A DNA stretch of 64,000 nucleotides from a virus. This document shows positions 10,101 to 19,183 of the stretch, piece by piece. Position numbers and translations under genes: made by a program. Numbering within the stretch: position 1 is the first letter of the stretch; the number at the start of each line of letters is the position of its first letter. Location of the stretch: positions 14,500 to 78,499 of the IMG/VR virus record IMGVR_UViG_3300025118_000006. One strand, written 5' to 3'. The notes under the pieces were generated by a model. It had not been told where the DNA came from. It ran no database searches and was given only the letters and a program-made list of their open reading frames with translations.

Positions 10101-10641
10101 TCACGCTCAAGACTACCGAATTGGTATTGACGACGGGACCGACACCTTAGAGATTGGGCACGGAACGGCGCATGGAACCAACACTGGGCTTACGATTAAC
10201 TCTTCGGGTGATGTAACAAAGATTGGTCAAGACACACCAAGTGATGCCCAGGTCCTTACATGGGACAACAGCAACACGAAGGTTGTTTGGTCTGATGCCT
10301 CAGGTGGTGGCGGTGCTCAAGAGAAAGCAATCACAATCCTCGCATCCGGCAACAGCCCACTAGAACTAACAACAAGCCACGGCGTTATCCTTGTGGACAC
10401 CAGTGCAGGCGCATATCAGGTAAACCTACCAAGCTCAGACTTAGCTGACGGGCAGGTTTGGCACATCAAAGATCAGGATGGAAATGCTTCTGCGAACAAT
10501 ATATCCATCGCGCTTGTAGACACAACAAACGACCGGATTGACGGGTCGACAGCCAACGTCGTCATTAACCAAGACTATGGCTCCGTCACTCTCACCCAAT
10601 ACGAGGTTTCGTCGGGCGTTTACCAATACTTCATCTTGTAG
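7108..10641 (+). CDS. long fibre-like virion protein (tail or head fibre) with internal duplication
   Basis: 1177 aa, T/S/G/D/A-rich beta repeats; 'NLTVTGNLTVDGTTTTINSTTLTVDD' fibre motif; C-terminal 'HGVILVDTSAGAYQVNLP...WHIKD..GNAS.NNI' module. Confidence 0.75.
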   Translation: MATVIRASVSTTSSKEGVQTLAALKALTVRTDKEVRLVEDSGIQYRWDADSTATSEDFDIVRPTDVGSDASAGRWLRIFGNIQSVAGRTGVITLASSDLTDWGAATPLAFRTTTNENKITFGAADIGIANKDGTDLVFFSDAAGEILFADGGRTGNVKMAIDMDAGGVSIGNNVHSNTPPTSGLYVEGSVGVGVAPKTQLSVEGAVTIKEQAAADSDTAAYGQLWVKTATPNELYFTTDAGNDIQITTGSSIVAASGGSTAADDITAGDAAVSVATSSGAVVIDSNASTVTVDGHTGVTVTSSNSGEVDITSAANVDINATTGVTIDGTTVSIDGTDTTNLTMTANSSSAKALTIDAVNSGSGVASISLGTTSGTAISIGHSTSETTVNDNLTVTGNLTVDGTTTTINSTTLTVDDKVVVIASGAADSAAADGAGISVDGASATILYDHTGTQWEMNKPLEITGTLATTGDVTFGVDDTGVDVRMFSATASEGVLYDASEDELALLLTTKLKFHDVGGGEEIFASADGHLEVNAGTTLDMTAPTVDMNASTAVTIDGPAVTVADSAAGKPVLTLKTTHTTKTSSSELQFLKDAADTEDGEVLGQITFYGEDEGNNNTQFAGIVASISESDETDEAGKLELQVAESDGTNTAMTTGLTLEGEHATDGQIDVTIAAGAASTTTVAGDLSVTTDLTVNGDGTFHNASSNCLISLEALSGANSAIEFREGSLYWQMGHRGSNNAFYLRDALSTTGDVIQIEENAGDNLIYGKAGSLLGINTDAPTHTLTVAGTSLITGDATFGVDDTGVDVRLFSATASEGVLYDASEDELALLLTTKLKFHDVGGGEEIFASANGHLEVNAGTTLDMTAPTVDINASTTLTIDSPSVVISSSTDDKPLVEIVSTNAGANPPTLLLNHASASPADNDEIGEIVFNGNDDGGSSTMMAKIVATSPDVSNGSEDGKIAFKLRTAGAVLTPVEIVGAGLTIGSATEADSMIIFDGHAQDYRIGIDDGTDTLEIGHGTAHGTNTGLTINSSGDVTKIGQDTPSDAQVLTWDNSNTKVVWSDASGGGGAQEKAITILASGNSPLELTTSHGVILVDTSAGAYQVNLPSSDLADGQVWHIKDQDGNASANNISIALVDTTNDRIDGSTANVVINQDYGSVTLTQYEVSSGVYQYFIL
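8512..9747 (+). repeat. ~265-bp direct repeat (8512-8775 and 9484-9747), in frame, offset 972 bp
   Basis: Near-identical ~88-aa segment TGDxTFGVDDTGVDVRxFSATASEGVLYDASEDELALLLTTKLKFHDVGGGEEIFASA...; differences mostly synonymous. Confidence 0.9.
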
Positions 10642-10649
10642 GTGGCACT

Positions 10650-11126
10650 ATGACCGTAGGACTAGGAATACTTGAACCTATTTTTCACCAGCGCAACTAC
10701 GCGCCTGGGCTGGGCGCGGGGCGTGACACGTTCAACAACGGCGCGAATCAGATGCACATTGCGACGGTAGCCATGCCAAAGGATATGACTACTCGCGATT
10801 ACATTGTGATGATGTGGGCGGGTACAATCCAGACAGACGGTGACGACCCTGGGTACAAGGTAGAGATAGCAGACGAGGCTGGCAATTCACACAGCACGGC
10901 CTGGGAGTACAACAAGGGCTCGTCTATGGCATTCCGTGTAGCCGATTGCACACGATACACAGCCGAAAAAGCAGTTAGCACCGACCTACGCGATTACTGC
11001 ACAGGCTCGGGCTCTGGTGGTAGCGCAGCCGACGCACACCTTTCTCGGGTGGACCACTACAACGCAAACACCAGCGAGGGGCTTTCGACGGTATACGGGT
11101 TCACCATGTTTCTTCGGAGAGGCTGA
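10650..11126 (+). CDS. fibre-associated paralog 1
   Basis: MPKDMTTRDYI motif shared with the next two genes. Confidence 0.65.
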   Translation: MTVGLGILEPIFHQRNYAPGLGAGRDTFNNGANQMHIATVAMPKDMTTRDYIVMMWAGTIQTDGDDPGYKVEIADEAGNSHSTAWEYNKGSSMAFRVADCTRYTAEKAVSTDLRDYCTGSGSGGSAADAHLSRVDHYNANTSEGLSTVYGFTMFLRRG

Positions 11127-11605
11127 TGACCTACAAGCACCGATATTGCATCCCATTCCTGCAATACAAACGGTCGAATGGGACCACAGACCCTGTCTCT
11201 GGTGGTTGGACCAAATCTTGTGGCTCCGACGAGTCCTCGCCAAGCAGCCTGTGGTACTTTGGTTTACCGCTCGGATTAACAACGCGAGACGTGATTCACG
11301 TTCGTGTTGGTATTAAAGAGCCGGATGATGTCAACAGAGGGTTCAAACTTTACTTTGCCACTGCGAACACTAGCTATTCCGCAGATGATCTGAAAGAAAC
11401 ATACATCCTAAACCCAAGCGATACAGCCAACGAGGCTAAATACCCTGTAATGCAGATAACGACTCGTGTGAACGCAGACCTTGTTACCGCCAGCGCAAAC
11501 CACACTGCAATGCGCTCGTGGGTGAGCCCTTCGGAGTCAGGCTCGGGAACGGTGTACATGCACGGGCTATTGGCCTGGGTAGAAAAAAATGTTGGGGGTC
11601 CATAA
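11126..11605 (+). CDS. fibre-associated paralog 2
   Basis: LPLGLTTRDVIHV; TGATG coupling. Confidence 0.65.
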   Translation: MTYKHRYCIPFLQYKRSNGTTDPVSGGWTKSCGSDESSPSSLWYFGLPLGLTTRDVIHVRVGIKEPDDVNRGFKLYFATANTSYSADDLKETYILNPSDTANEAKYPVMQITTRVNADLVTASANHTAMRSWVSPSESGSGTVYMHGLLAWVEKNVGGP

Positions 11606-12060
11606 TGACGTACAAGCGCGACGACGACGTTATACCACTTTTGTTCTGCAACTACTTGGGTCCGAAGCCTAATGTGGTTATACCGTTTCACCTTCCAGAA
11701 GATCTGACAGCCAACGACCGGATTCACCTAAACATCCCGTTTAGAAACAACGCTACCTCTGGAAACATCACGGCGACCGGCCACATCCAGAAAGCAAACG
11801 ACTCCGACGCAGACTTTGATATCACTGGTACAGGGAATGCGACGGCCTTTAGTACAGCATGGGAGTCCGACGCTAATGTTACCGTCACGGGCTCAAGCGG
11901 GTCTTACATGAAGCAAATTGCCCGGTTCGTTTTCTCACCCGACAACGCTGACTACCTCACGCACGCGGCGGCGGGAAAGCTATTTGTGTTTACCATCACG
12001 GTAGATAGCGGTGCGCTAACAGCACTGAACTCACACGCATATATTCAAAGGTGCAGATAG
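11605..12060 (+). CDS. fibre-associated paralog 3
   Basis: LPEDLTANDRIHL; TAATG coupling (start 11605). Confidence 0.65.
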   Translation: MTYKRDDDVIPLLFCNYLGPKPNVVIPFHLPEDLTANDRIHLNIPFRNNATSGNITATGHIQKANDSDADFDITGTGNATAFSTAWESDANVTVTGSSGSYMKQIARFVFSPDNADYLTHAAAGKLFVFTITVDSGALTALNSHAYIQRCR

Positions 12061-12062
12061 TC

Positions 12063-12335
12063 ATGCCAACGCTTAATTTAGGCTTAGTCAGCCCAGGATT
12101 TTTCAATGATGGCGACCTCGAAATTAACGGAGAGCAGCTAGGCGCATTAGAGGTTTTAGCGGCTGACTCGGATAACGCACTAGCGGACGCCATAAGCGGC
12201 TTTGACAACCTAACAGCCACCGTAAGCGAAACAGGCGAATTGGTGATAGAATGGAGTGGAGTGCTTTCGGTAGACGGCCAAGACCCTACCGGAGGCGGGG
12301 CCATAAACGACCTTCAGGCAGGGTCTTACGAATAG
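12063..12335 (+). CDS. acidic hypothetical protein
   Basis: ORF fills the gap between coupled genes. Confidence 0.55.
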   Translation: MPTLNLGLVSPGFFNDGDLEINGEQLGALEVLAADSDNALADAISGFDNLTATVSETGELVIEWSGVLSVDGQDPTGGGAINDLQAGSYE

Positions 12336-12344
12336 GAGTGAAAG

Positions 12345-13310
12345 ATGATCAAGCGGGGAAGCAAGGGTCGCTTGGTTTCGGAGTTGCAGCTAGGGCTTGC
12401 AAGGCTCGGATACCACCCAGGACAGGCCGATGGAATATACGGCGGGCTAACAGAACAGGCAGTGGCAGAATTCCAGACAAAAGCACACATTTTGTCCGAC
12501 GGGGTTTTTGGGCCAATAACACGCGAGGCTTTCAACGCATCTTTGAAGGAAGCTGGCATTGGTGAGCTTAGAGTTGCGATGGAGCAACCAAAGAAGTCGG
12601 TCCACGCGGTTCCAGACAAGCTACTAAGATGGGTTCGATGCCCAGCCGACACGGTTGAGGGTTATGCGGGATACTCACGAACCACTCTTCGCGAGGGAGG
12701 CGTTGCGGATGCTTACAAGCAGCTACACAAAGAGGTGAAGAGTTTGGGCGGGGTAATCACCTCTGCTGGTGGCAGGCGGTCGCTTTCAAGCAAGGCAAGC
12801 CCGTCGCGTTCAAAGTGCAGTATGCACTACCTCGGTAGAGCCTTCGATATGTCAATTTACTCAGGCATGGTGAAGCCTGAGAAAGACCCATTCATAATAA
12901 CGAAGGATACGACGGACCCTCGCGGAAGAAAGTGGGTTGTCTGGTGCAGGACTGAGAGCATGGATGTTCCCCCAGTTTCACTAGATGCGGTCTACGTGAC
13001 GAGAGGAAAGAACGCCAAGGGCAGAAAATACACACAAATACACACAAAGCCGGTGACAGCCCGTGCGTTCAACTTCACAGACCTCTGCGCCAAGCACGGG
13101 TTCTACAACATCAGTGCTCGCTCATCATTCTTCAGGGGAGGCAGTTTTGGTGGCGCAGAGTGGTGGCATTTTCAGTGGGAGGACGGATTGATTCATGGTA
13201 AGACCACATTCGGGCAAGAGCTTTTAAAGGTTTACCCAGTCGAGAAGTGCAAAGAGTTCGTTTATTGGAATGTCGTAAAAGACTTTGTGTTCGGAGAGCA
13301 TTGGAATTGA
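12345..13310 (+). CDS. modular endolysin: N-terminal PG_binding_1 domain plus M15-type Zn peptidase
   Basis: GSKG..V.ELQ..L..LGY....DGIYG..T..AV..FQ....L.DG.FGP.T; SMHYLGRAFD and EWWHFQ zinc motifs. Confidence 0.88.
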   Translation: MIKRGSKGRLVSELQLGLARLGYHPGQADGIYGGLTEQAVAEFQTKAHILSDGVFGPITREAFNASLKEAGIGELRVAMEQPKKSVHAVPDKLLRWVRCPADTVEGYAGYSRTTLREGGVADAYKQLHKEVKSLGGVITSAGGRRSLSSKASPSRSKCSMHYLGRAFDMSIYSGMVKPEKDPFIITKDTTDPRGRKWVVWCRTESMDVPPVSLDAVYVTRGKNAKGRKYTQIHTKPVTARAFNFTDLCAKHGFYNISARSSFFRGGSFGGAEWWHFQWEDGLIHGKTTFGQELLKVYPVEKCKEFVYWNVVKDFVFGEHWN

Positions 13311-13603
13311 GTGAAGACATGCAGCAAATGGTGACGCTTTTCGCGGCTATCGCGGGAGTGATACTGCCAGCCGTATGGCACCTATCCACCCGTATCCAGA
13401 GGATACAGGGGTCACAGGAGACTCACTCACGCACAGTCGAAACAAAGCTGGACAACATTGAGGTTGACCTTCGGCACGTTCGGGATGAAATCAAAGCTGC
13501 TCGCGAGGGAAGAGCGAATCTTTGGGAGCAATTGAACAGGACACGAACCCGTGTGACGCGGGTGGAAACAGTTGTAGAAATGAAAAAAGGAGAAGGCGCA
13601 TGA
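13307..13603 (+). CDS. holin/antiholin-like membrane protein
   Basis: One N-terminal TM helix plus coiled coil; directly after the endolysin. Confidence 0.5.
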   Translation: MSEDMQQMVTLFAAIAGVILPAVWHLSTRIQRIQGSQETHSRTVETKLDNIEVDLRHVRDEIKAAREGRANLWEQLNRTRTRVTRVETVVEMKKGEGA

Positions 13604-14040
13604 GCGTAACTATCACAAAGACTAATAACATCTCCGCTGAAGGCGATGTCCCGACGCTGGAGCAGACTATTCACGTAACCGCTGCGCCGTCGGTGCCTGT
13701 TGCGGCTCCGGCAAAGCCAGATGCGAATGACATTGCTTCTATCGCAATTATTGGTGCGACATGTGCAGTCATTGCCTACGGCTGCACTCAGGTGATTAAG
13801 TCGTTCTGCCAAGATCTGTTTCGGGTCCGCAAGATGGAAAAACCTTGGTGGTACCTCAGTCTGATAAGATTGCTTTGTATTGTTTTCGGTGGTGTTGCGG
13901 GGTTCTACTTGCAGGACTCGTTCGGTCCAGCCGAAGCGCATTTTGCAGTAGCTACTGGTTGCGGTGCGGGCGTCCTCTCTACATCAATCGTAGCGGTTGT
14001 GAAGAAGAAGATTAAAGCGGCTGCACCTTCGGACAAGTAA
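13600..14040 (+). CDS. putative holin (3 TM segments)
   Basis: Three hydrophobic helices and a basic C-terminal tail. Confidence 0.6.
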   Translation: MSVTITKTNNISAEGDVPTLEQTIHVTAAPSVPVAAPAKPDANDIASIAIIGATCAVIAYGCTQVIKSFCQDLFRVRKMEKPWWYLSLIRLLCIVFGGVAGFYLQDSFGPAEAHFAVATGCGAGVLSTSIVAVVKKKIKAAAPSDK

Positions 14041-14384
14041 TGATACCCAGTTGGTTAAACAAAGCTTTGGGTGTCCCTATTGTTAAGTGGCTAATCGGGG
14101 CGGTTGCGCTCTTACTTGTGATTGTATGGGTGGCACTCAAGCGTATGTGGCTGCTCCAGCAACGGCTTATTGTGACACAGCAAATTCGCAACGTAGAGAA
14201 CAGCTACAATCGAGAGCGTGCAAAATTGCGATCAGACCAGCTATCAAAGCTAAATGCGCTGGCACTGAAGAGGGAGCGGCGGCATATCGAGCTAGAGCGT
14301 TCGAGGCGGGTCATTCGGAAGGCGCAAAACGAGGGTGTTGATGCGGTTGCTGGGATCGTAAACAAGGCTTTTAAGGGGAAATGA
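14040..14384 (+). CDS. putative i-spanin-like protein
   Basis: N-terminal TM plus periplasmic coiled coil in the lysis cassette. Confidence 0.5.
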   Translation: MIPSWLNKALGVPIVKWLIGAVALLLVIVWVALKRMWLLQQRLIVTQQIRNVENSYNRERAKLRSDQLSKLNALALKRERRHIELERSRRVIRKAQNEGVDAVAGIVNKAFKGK

Positions 14385-14794
14385 TGCGGTCGGTTGCGCT
14401 GATGCTTGTTATGGTTCTAGTTGGGCAAACCTCTCTAAAAGCACAGGTTTGCACTCAGGCGGTCGGAATCGAGGCTGGCGTCGTAACACCGTGCGACGGT
14501 GTGCTTTGGAGCCCTACGCACTCAGTACAGGCTGTGGAGTGCGTGTCTGTAGATCTACCGAAGTGTGTTGCAGATGTGGATTACCATAGCGGTCGGTCTG
14601 CTACTTGTCGCCAGCACATCTCGAAACTGGAGACATTGTGCGACGGGAAGATCGGCCAACTAATCGACATTGCTGAAGATGCTGCGGGCCTGAAGCCGGA
14701 GCCGTGGTATAAGAACCCGTGGCTGATGTTGGGATTAGGGGTGGTCATAGGCGGGGCTTCGGTTTACTATATTGGTACGAACTACGGGAACTAA
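14381..14794 (+). CDS. putative spanin-like protein (signal peptide, Cys-rich, C-terminal TM)
   Basis: N-terminal signal; six Cys; PWYKNPWL plus a TM tail. Confidence 0.45.
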   Translation: MMRSVALMLVMVLVGQTSLKAQVCTQAVGIEAGVVTPCDGVLWSPTHSVQAVECVSVDLPKCVADVDYHSGRSATCRQHISKLETLCDGKIGQLIDIAEDAAGLKPEPWYKNPWLMLGLGVVIGGASVYYIGTNYGN

Positions 14795-14796
14795 GC

Positions 14797-16413
14797 ATGG
14801 GTTGGTTAAAAAACATCGTTGCGCCAGACGTTATTGATCTGGAAAAAGCACGCAAAGCCGAGGTTGTGAACAAGTCAAAGGCTTGGAGCTTCGACCCAAA
14901 CGAGCTACGGACAGGTCTGTACGGCGGGCCTGAAGTAGCGGAGCACCAAGGTACGCTAGGGGTCAATTACAACACACTTATGGTTATGAGCCGGGTGCCC
15001 ATTATAGGTGCCATTATACAGCTTAGAACAAACCAGTTAGCTGAATTCGCGATGCCACAAATGTCGCGCTACGGCCTTGGATTTAAGATCGCGATGCGCG
15101 ACAAAAAAGCCAAGGCGACGACAGCAGCGGAAAATCAGATTAAGGAAATACAGACGCTCATACAGACATGTGGTGGCTACAAGTACGAACCCCAAGGTTT
15201 CGAGGGTTTCATGCGGAAGATTGTTCGAGATTCGCTCACCTATGATCAAGCGAACTTCGAGGTTGTTTACAACAAGGCCGGTAAGCCCGGAGCTTTCTGC
15301 GCTGTGGATGCGATGACAATCAGAAGAGCTATCCCAAAGGACGCCAAGCGCAAGGGCGGGGCAGCAGGTCTTGACAGCAACGATAAGGATGCTTTCGTTC
15401 AGGTTCTAGGCAATAAGCAGGTAGCTGAATTCGGAAGGCAGGAGATGGCTTGGGGGATTAGAAGACCCAGGACTTGGATGAGAGTAAACGGCTACGGCTA
15501 TCCAGAGTTGGAAGAGTCGATGAGGATCATAACAAACCTCTTGAATGCGGCTGAATACAACTCAAACAACTTCACTCATGGAGTTCACGCGAATTCGATT
15601 CTGACAGTGAAGTCTGGGATGTCGAAAGAGGTGTTTGCGGCTTTCAGGCGACAGTTTTACGCAATGGTTTCCGGGGTTCGCAATGCGAAGAGAACACCGA
15701 TTATCCAGCTTGACCCAGAGATGAAGGAAGAAATCTCAAACGTGTCAATGAGCCAATCGAACAAGGAAATGGAATACTCCAACTGGATGTCTTTCCTCCT
15801 TAAAGTCTTGTGTAGCGTGTACGGCCTGGACGCGGCAGAGCTAGGCTTCGTGTATGGCAACGAAGGGCAGGCGGCTTCACTCTCGCAAAAAGGGCCGGAG
15901 GAGCGAATTGTCGCGTCGAAGGAGCGTGGGTTGAGGCCGCTCGTTCGTGCCGTACAGGGATGGATGAATCAGTGGGTTGTTTACCCGGTAGACGAGGATT
16001 TTGAGATTCAATTCGTAGGTTTCGACGCTCACTCTGAATCAGAAAAGGTAGAGCTAGACACGAAGGCTGTAAAAGCGTTTAAAACCGTAAACGAAATCCG
16101 CGCAGAACACGACCTACCGCCACTCGAAGACAGCGTTGCTGACATGGTCTTAGATCCAACTTACGTGCAGTTTGCAACGGCGGGTGGAGAAGAAGAGGGC
16201 GGCGAGGAAGAAGGCGACTACGGGTCATATTTTGATGACTCTAAAGGCGACGAAGGCGAAGATGACGAGGAAAAGGGAGAAGAGGAAGTGCCCAGTGGCA
16301 AGCCGAAGAAGCCAGAGCCTCGAAAAAAAGAAGGCGGCAAAGGCGACTATAGTGACTCCTTTGAAGAGAAAACAGAAAAAGGGCTCCGAACGGTCACTAT
16401 CGAGGTGACCTAG
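14797..16413 (+). CDS. portal protein
   Basis: VRDSLTYDQANFE, GYGYPELE, N.F..G, KEMEYSNW..FL...CSVY..D..ELGF, SKERGLRPL, KTVNEIRA motifs (Twort/SPO1-type portal). Confidence 0.92.
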   Translation: MGWLKNIVAPDVIDLEKARKAEVVNKSKAWSFDPNELRTGLYGGPEVAEHQGTLGVNYNTLMVMSRVPIIGAIIQLRTNQLAEFAMPQMSRYGLGFKIAMRDKKAKATTAAENQIKEIQTLIQTCGGYKYEPQGFEGFMRKIVRDSLTYDQANFEVVYNKAGKPGAFCAVDAMTIRRAIPKDAKRKGGAAGLDSNDKDAFVQVLGNKQVAEFGRQEMAWGIRRPRTWMRVNGYGYPELEESMRIITNLLNAAEYNSNNFTHGVHANSILTVKSGMSKEVFAAFRRQFYAMVSGVRNAKRTPIIQLDPEMKEEISNVSMSQSNKEMEYSNWMSFLLKVLCSVYGLDAAELGFVYGNEGQAASLSQKGPEERIVASKERGLRPLVRAVQGWMNQWVVYPVDEDFEIQFVGFDAHSESEKVELDTKAVKAFKTVNEIRAEHDLPPLEDSVADMVLDPTYVQFATAGGEEEGGEEEGDYGSYFDDSKGDEGEDDEEKGEEEVPSGKPKKPEPRKKEGGKGDYSDSFEEKTEKGLRTVTIEVT

Positions 16414-16703
16414 TGAAAGTAATCGTAAAAGAATCCTTTTCAGGAGAGCTTGACAGTCGCCACGCGGTAGAAAAATTGGAACAGGCTATAAGCGAGTTCT
16501 CAGAACTTGCTGGGTTGGGGGTGGGTAATTCGTTCCAAAAGCACACTTGTGATGGCCACGAGGTTTTGGAAAAGGCCGTAAAGACACACGACCACCGAGT
16601 GGACGCTGTCGATGAGATGGTTGAGTTAATGCGTAAGGCTTATGAGAAGCGCATGAAGGCGATGGTCAAAGACATCGCGAAGCGTGTCAGCGATGGCGTC
16701 TAA
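16413..16703 (+). CDS. hypothetical head-associated protein
   Basis: Coupled to portal and MuF. Confidence 0.6.
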   Translation: MKVIVKESFSGELDSRHAVEKLEQAISEFSELAGLGVGNSFQKHTCDGHEVLEKAVKTHDHRVDAVDEMVELMRKAYEKRMKAMVKDIAKRVSDGV

Positions 16704-19183
16704 TGTCCTTACCACCAAAAATAGATGACATAGTATCCGCGCACCACGATGGGTTCCTCTACGATCTTTTTGGAGAAAGCCTCGGTCTTCCACTGGAAAG
16801 GGTCGCTGAGTTGCGAAGTATGGGGATACTTCCTGATATCCCGGTACCAATTTTAGCCCGTGCAGGGCTGGACGTATTGGCTGCTCGCCCGCTCATGATG
16901 GCCATGATGATTGGTGCCGCAAAGCAGTCGATGGAACCTGGGAGGCGAAAACAGGCAGACCGATGGCCCGCAAAGAAGTGGGCCAAGCAAATCATCAGAG
17001 ATGCCCCTTCGGTAAGTTCACCACCCCCGACTATCCCCTCGGTGACACCTATCGGTGGCGATACGCCTGACCTTCCACCACCACCTCCTCCTCCTCCGAC
17101 CGGATCGGGAGGTGGTGGGCCTAAACCACCGGACCCACCGGACTTTTTGACCGACCTACAGAGGCACTCTTGGACGCAAGCAAGGGAGCGTGCAGGATCG
17201 TTTGTTCGAGGGCTAGGTAACATTGTCACAGCAGAAGCAGAAACAACGCTTGCGGAAGTGTGGAACGGAGAGCAAATAGAGCGCGAGACAGACGCAGATA
17301 AGCGTGCAGAGGTTGTCGATATCATTCGGGAAGAGACGGCGGCAGCCACCGCCAACAACACGAAGTGGAGATCTAGTACAGCGCAAAAGCTCGCATCAAA
17401 CCTTGCACACAGGACTGGTGACTGGAGTCGCAATTGGGAGCGGATAGCGCGAACGGAGCTTCAGGGTGCGTACAATGAGGGCAGTGTGTTGGAGGCCATC
17501 GAATGGGACGGCCCAGACGCGCTCATAGCCAGAATACCTGAGCCAAGCGCGTGCGCTGATTGCCGACGTGTACACATGACACGAGATGGCAGGCCACGGG
17601 TTTTCAAGGCGAGCGACCTCATAAACAATGGTACAAATGTAGGCCGAAAACGCGCACAGTGGCAGGCTACTATCTGGCCCGTTCACCCGAATTGTAGATG
17701 CGACACGCAACACATCCCCGAGGGAATGGAGTTCGATGATGAGTGGGGGCTTGTATACAAGGCGTATTCATTCTCGCAGTTAGCGAACCTTGTAAAGGCC
17801 AAGGGCTATCTATACAAGGCAGGGCCTTTTATCGGTCCACGCGGTGGCAAGTGGGCTGACGCGAAGCATACGATAGCCTGGAAGGAAAAACAGACAACAA
17901 GGACTAAGGGGCATGAAATAGCAAGACTCCCGCCAGAGGTTCAATCAGAAATAGCAGGGGCGGTCACTTTTGTGACCCGCCTTTTTCCAGAATTGCAAGA
18001 TGTCCGCGTGGTGATTGCAGATCATGATCTTGGCCATTCTCACGCCACTAAGGACAGTAAAAAAATCAAGCTCAACCCCACAACTTGGCTGGACGTAAAT
18101 AAGCTAAAACAGCAACGGGATGAGGCGGCAGGGCTGGTGGTAGATGGGTCGATCAAGGGCATTATCGTACACGAGTTAGGCCATATACTGGCTGGCCGAA
18201 TACTCAACGCGCTTGGATCGAAAAAGTACAACGAAATAGCGCAAAAGCACTTAGGCGTACCGCAAGATGGCTTAGATCCGTGGGGAGAGCCTGTATTCAC
18301 CACGCTGTCTAACTCTGACATGCCAAGCGCATACGCTATGGATAACAGGAGCGAGTACGAGGCAGAAGCCTTTTCAGCAGCGGTATTTGGAAAAGCAGAA
18401 ACGAACCCCAAGTGGGCGGCAGGGGCTGTAAACAAGTCTAAAGCGTATTGGGCAGACATGCTCCACGCTTATCGAAATCTAAGCAAGTCATTAGCAAAAT
18501 CCGGTCCCTACATCGGCCCTCGCGGTGGTAAGTGGGCTGACGCCAAGCATACAATTGCGTGGAAGGAAAAGTCTAAGAGGCAGCTTAAAAGGGAGGCTTC
18601 GGAGAAGAGAAAGAAGGCGCGAGCGAGCGCAGAAGGGCCTGCGGTAGAGGCGTATAACAAGGCCGTTAAAGACCACAACGAACACGATGACGCTGGGTAT
18701 GACGCAAACGCTTCGGACATGGTCGATGTCGCGTACGGCGGGTACGCACCGGCAAAAATAGACGCCATGAAGGTTTGGGCCAAAAAGGTGGGGCTAGAGG
18801 TTGGCGAAACTGATTTTTCAGGTGGAGCATCGTATGGCAGCGCGTACATACAATTGAAAGTTCCAGGCATCGGCGCGGTGGGAGGATCAGGACGGTTGGA
18901 CCGGGCCGTTGTTGTGAGAATGTCGGATCACGGAAACATGGCGCGAGTTGGCGGGCGGCTGCAAACTGACACAAACATAGCGCCTGATTTTGGTTGGACT
19001 TTCATGAAAGGGATAGGGCACGCGATTGGTATCTTGCGCGAACGCTTTCAAGAGCACCTCGACAACGCAGACGACGACGATTATTTCGACCAAGACCCAG
19101 ATGGCGATGCAGAGCGCAAGCGAATGGAAGAGGCTATGCCACTTCTTGACAAGCTCGGAAAGCTGTACCGAAAACCCGGTTAA
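16703..19183 (+). CDS. MuF/SPP1 gp7-like head morphogenesis protein with two C-terminal cargo modules (zincin peptidase; RxSDH domain)
   Basis: RIARTE...AC.DC...PVHPNCRC MuF core; HELGH...SAYA...EYEAEAF; two GP[FY]IGPRGGKWADAKHTIAWKE leaders. Confidence 0.85.
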   Translation: MSLPPKIDDIVSAHHDGFLYDLFGESLGLPLERVAELRSMGILPDIPVPILARAGLDVLAARPLMMAMMIGAAKQSMEPGRRKQADRWPAKKWAKQIIRDAPSVSSPPPTIPSVTPIGGDTPDLPPPPPPPPTGSGGGGPKPPDPPDFLTDLQRHSWTQARERAGSFVRGLGNIVTAEAETTLAEVWNGEQIERETDADKRAEVVDIIREETAAATANNTKWRSSTAQKLASNLAHRTGDWSRNWERIARTELQGAYNEGSVLEAIEWDGPDALIARIPEPSACADCRRVHMTRDGRPRVFKASDLINNGTNVGRKRAQWQATIWPVHPNCRCDTQHIPEGMEFDDEWGLVYKAYSFSQLANLVKAKGYLYKAGPFIGPRGGKWADAKHTIAWKEKQTTRTKGHEIARLPPEVQSEIAGAVTFVTRLFPELQDVRVVIADHDLGHSHATKDSKKIKLNPTTWLDVNKLKQQRDEAAGLVVDGSIKGIIVHELGHILAGRILNALGSKKYNEIAQKHLGVPQDGLDPWGEPVFTTLSNSDMPSAYAMDNRSEYEAEAFSAAVFGKAETNPKWAAGAVNKSKAYWADMLHAYRNLSKSLAKSGPYIGPRGGKWADAKHTIAWKEKSKRQLKREASEKRKKARASAEGPAVEAYNKAVKDHNEHDDAGYDANASDMVDVAYGGYAPAKIDAMKVWAKKVGLEVGETDFSGGASYGSAYIQLKVPGIGAVGGSGRLDRAVVVRMSDHGNMARVGGRLQTDTNIAPDFGWTFMKGIGHAIGILRERFQEHLDNADDDDYFDQDPDGDAERKRMEEAMPLLDKLGKLYRKPG

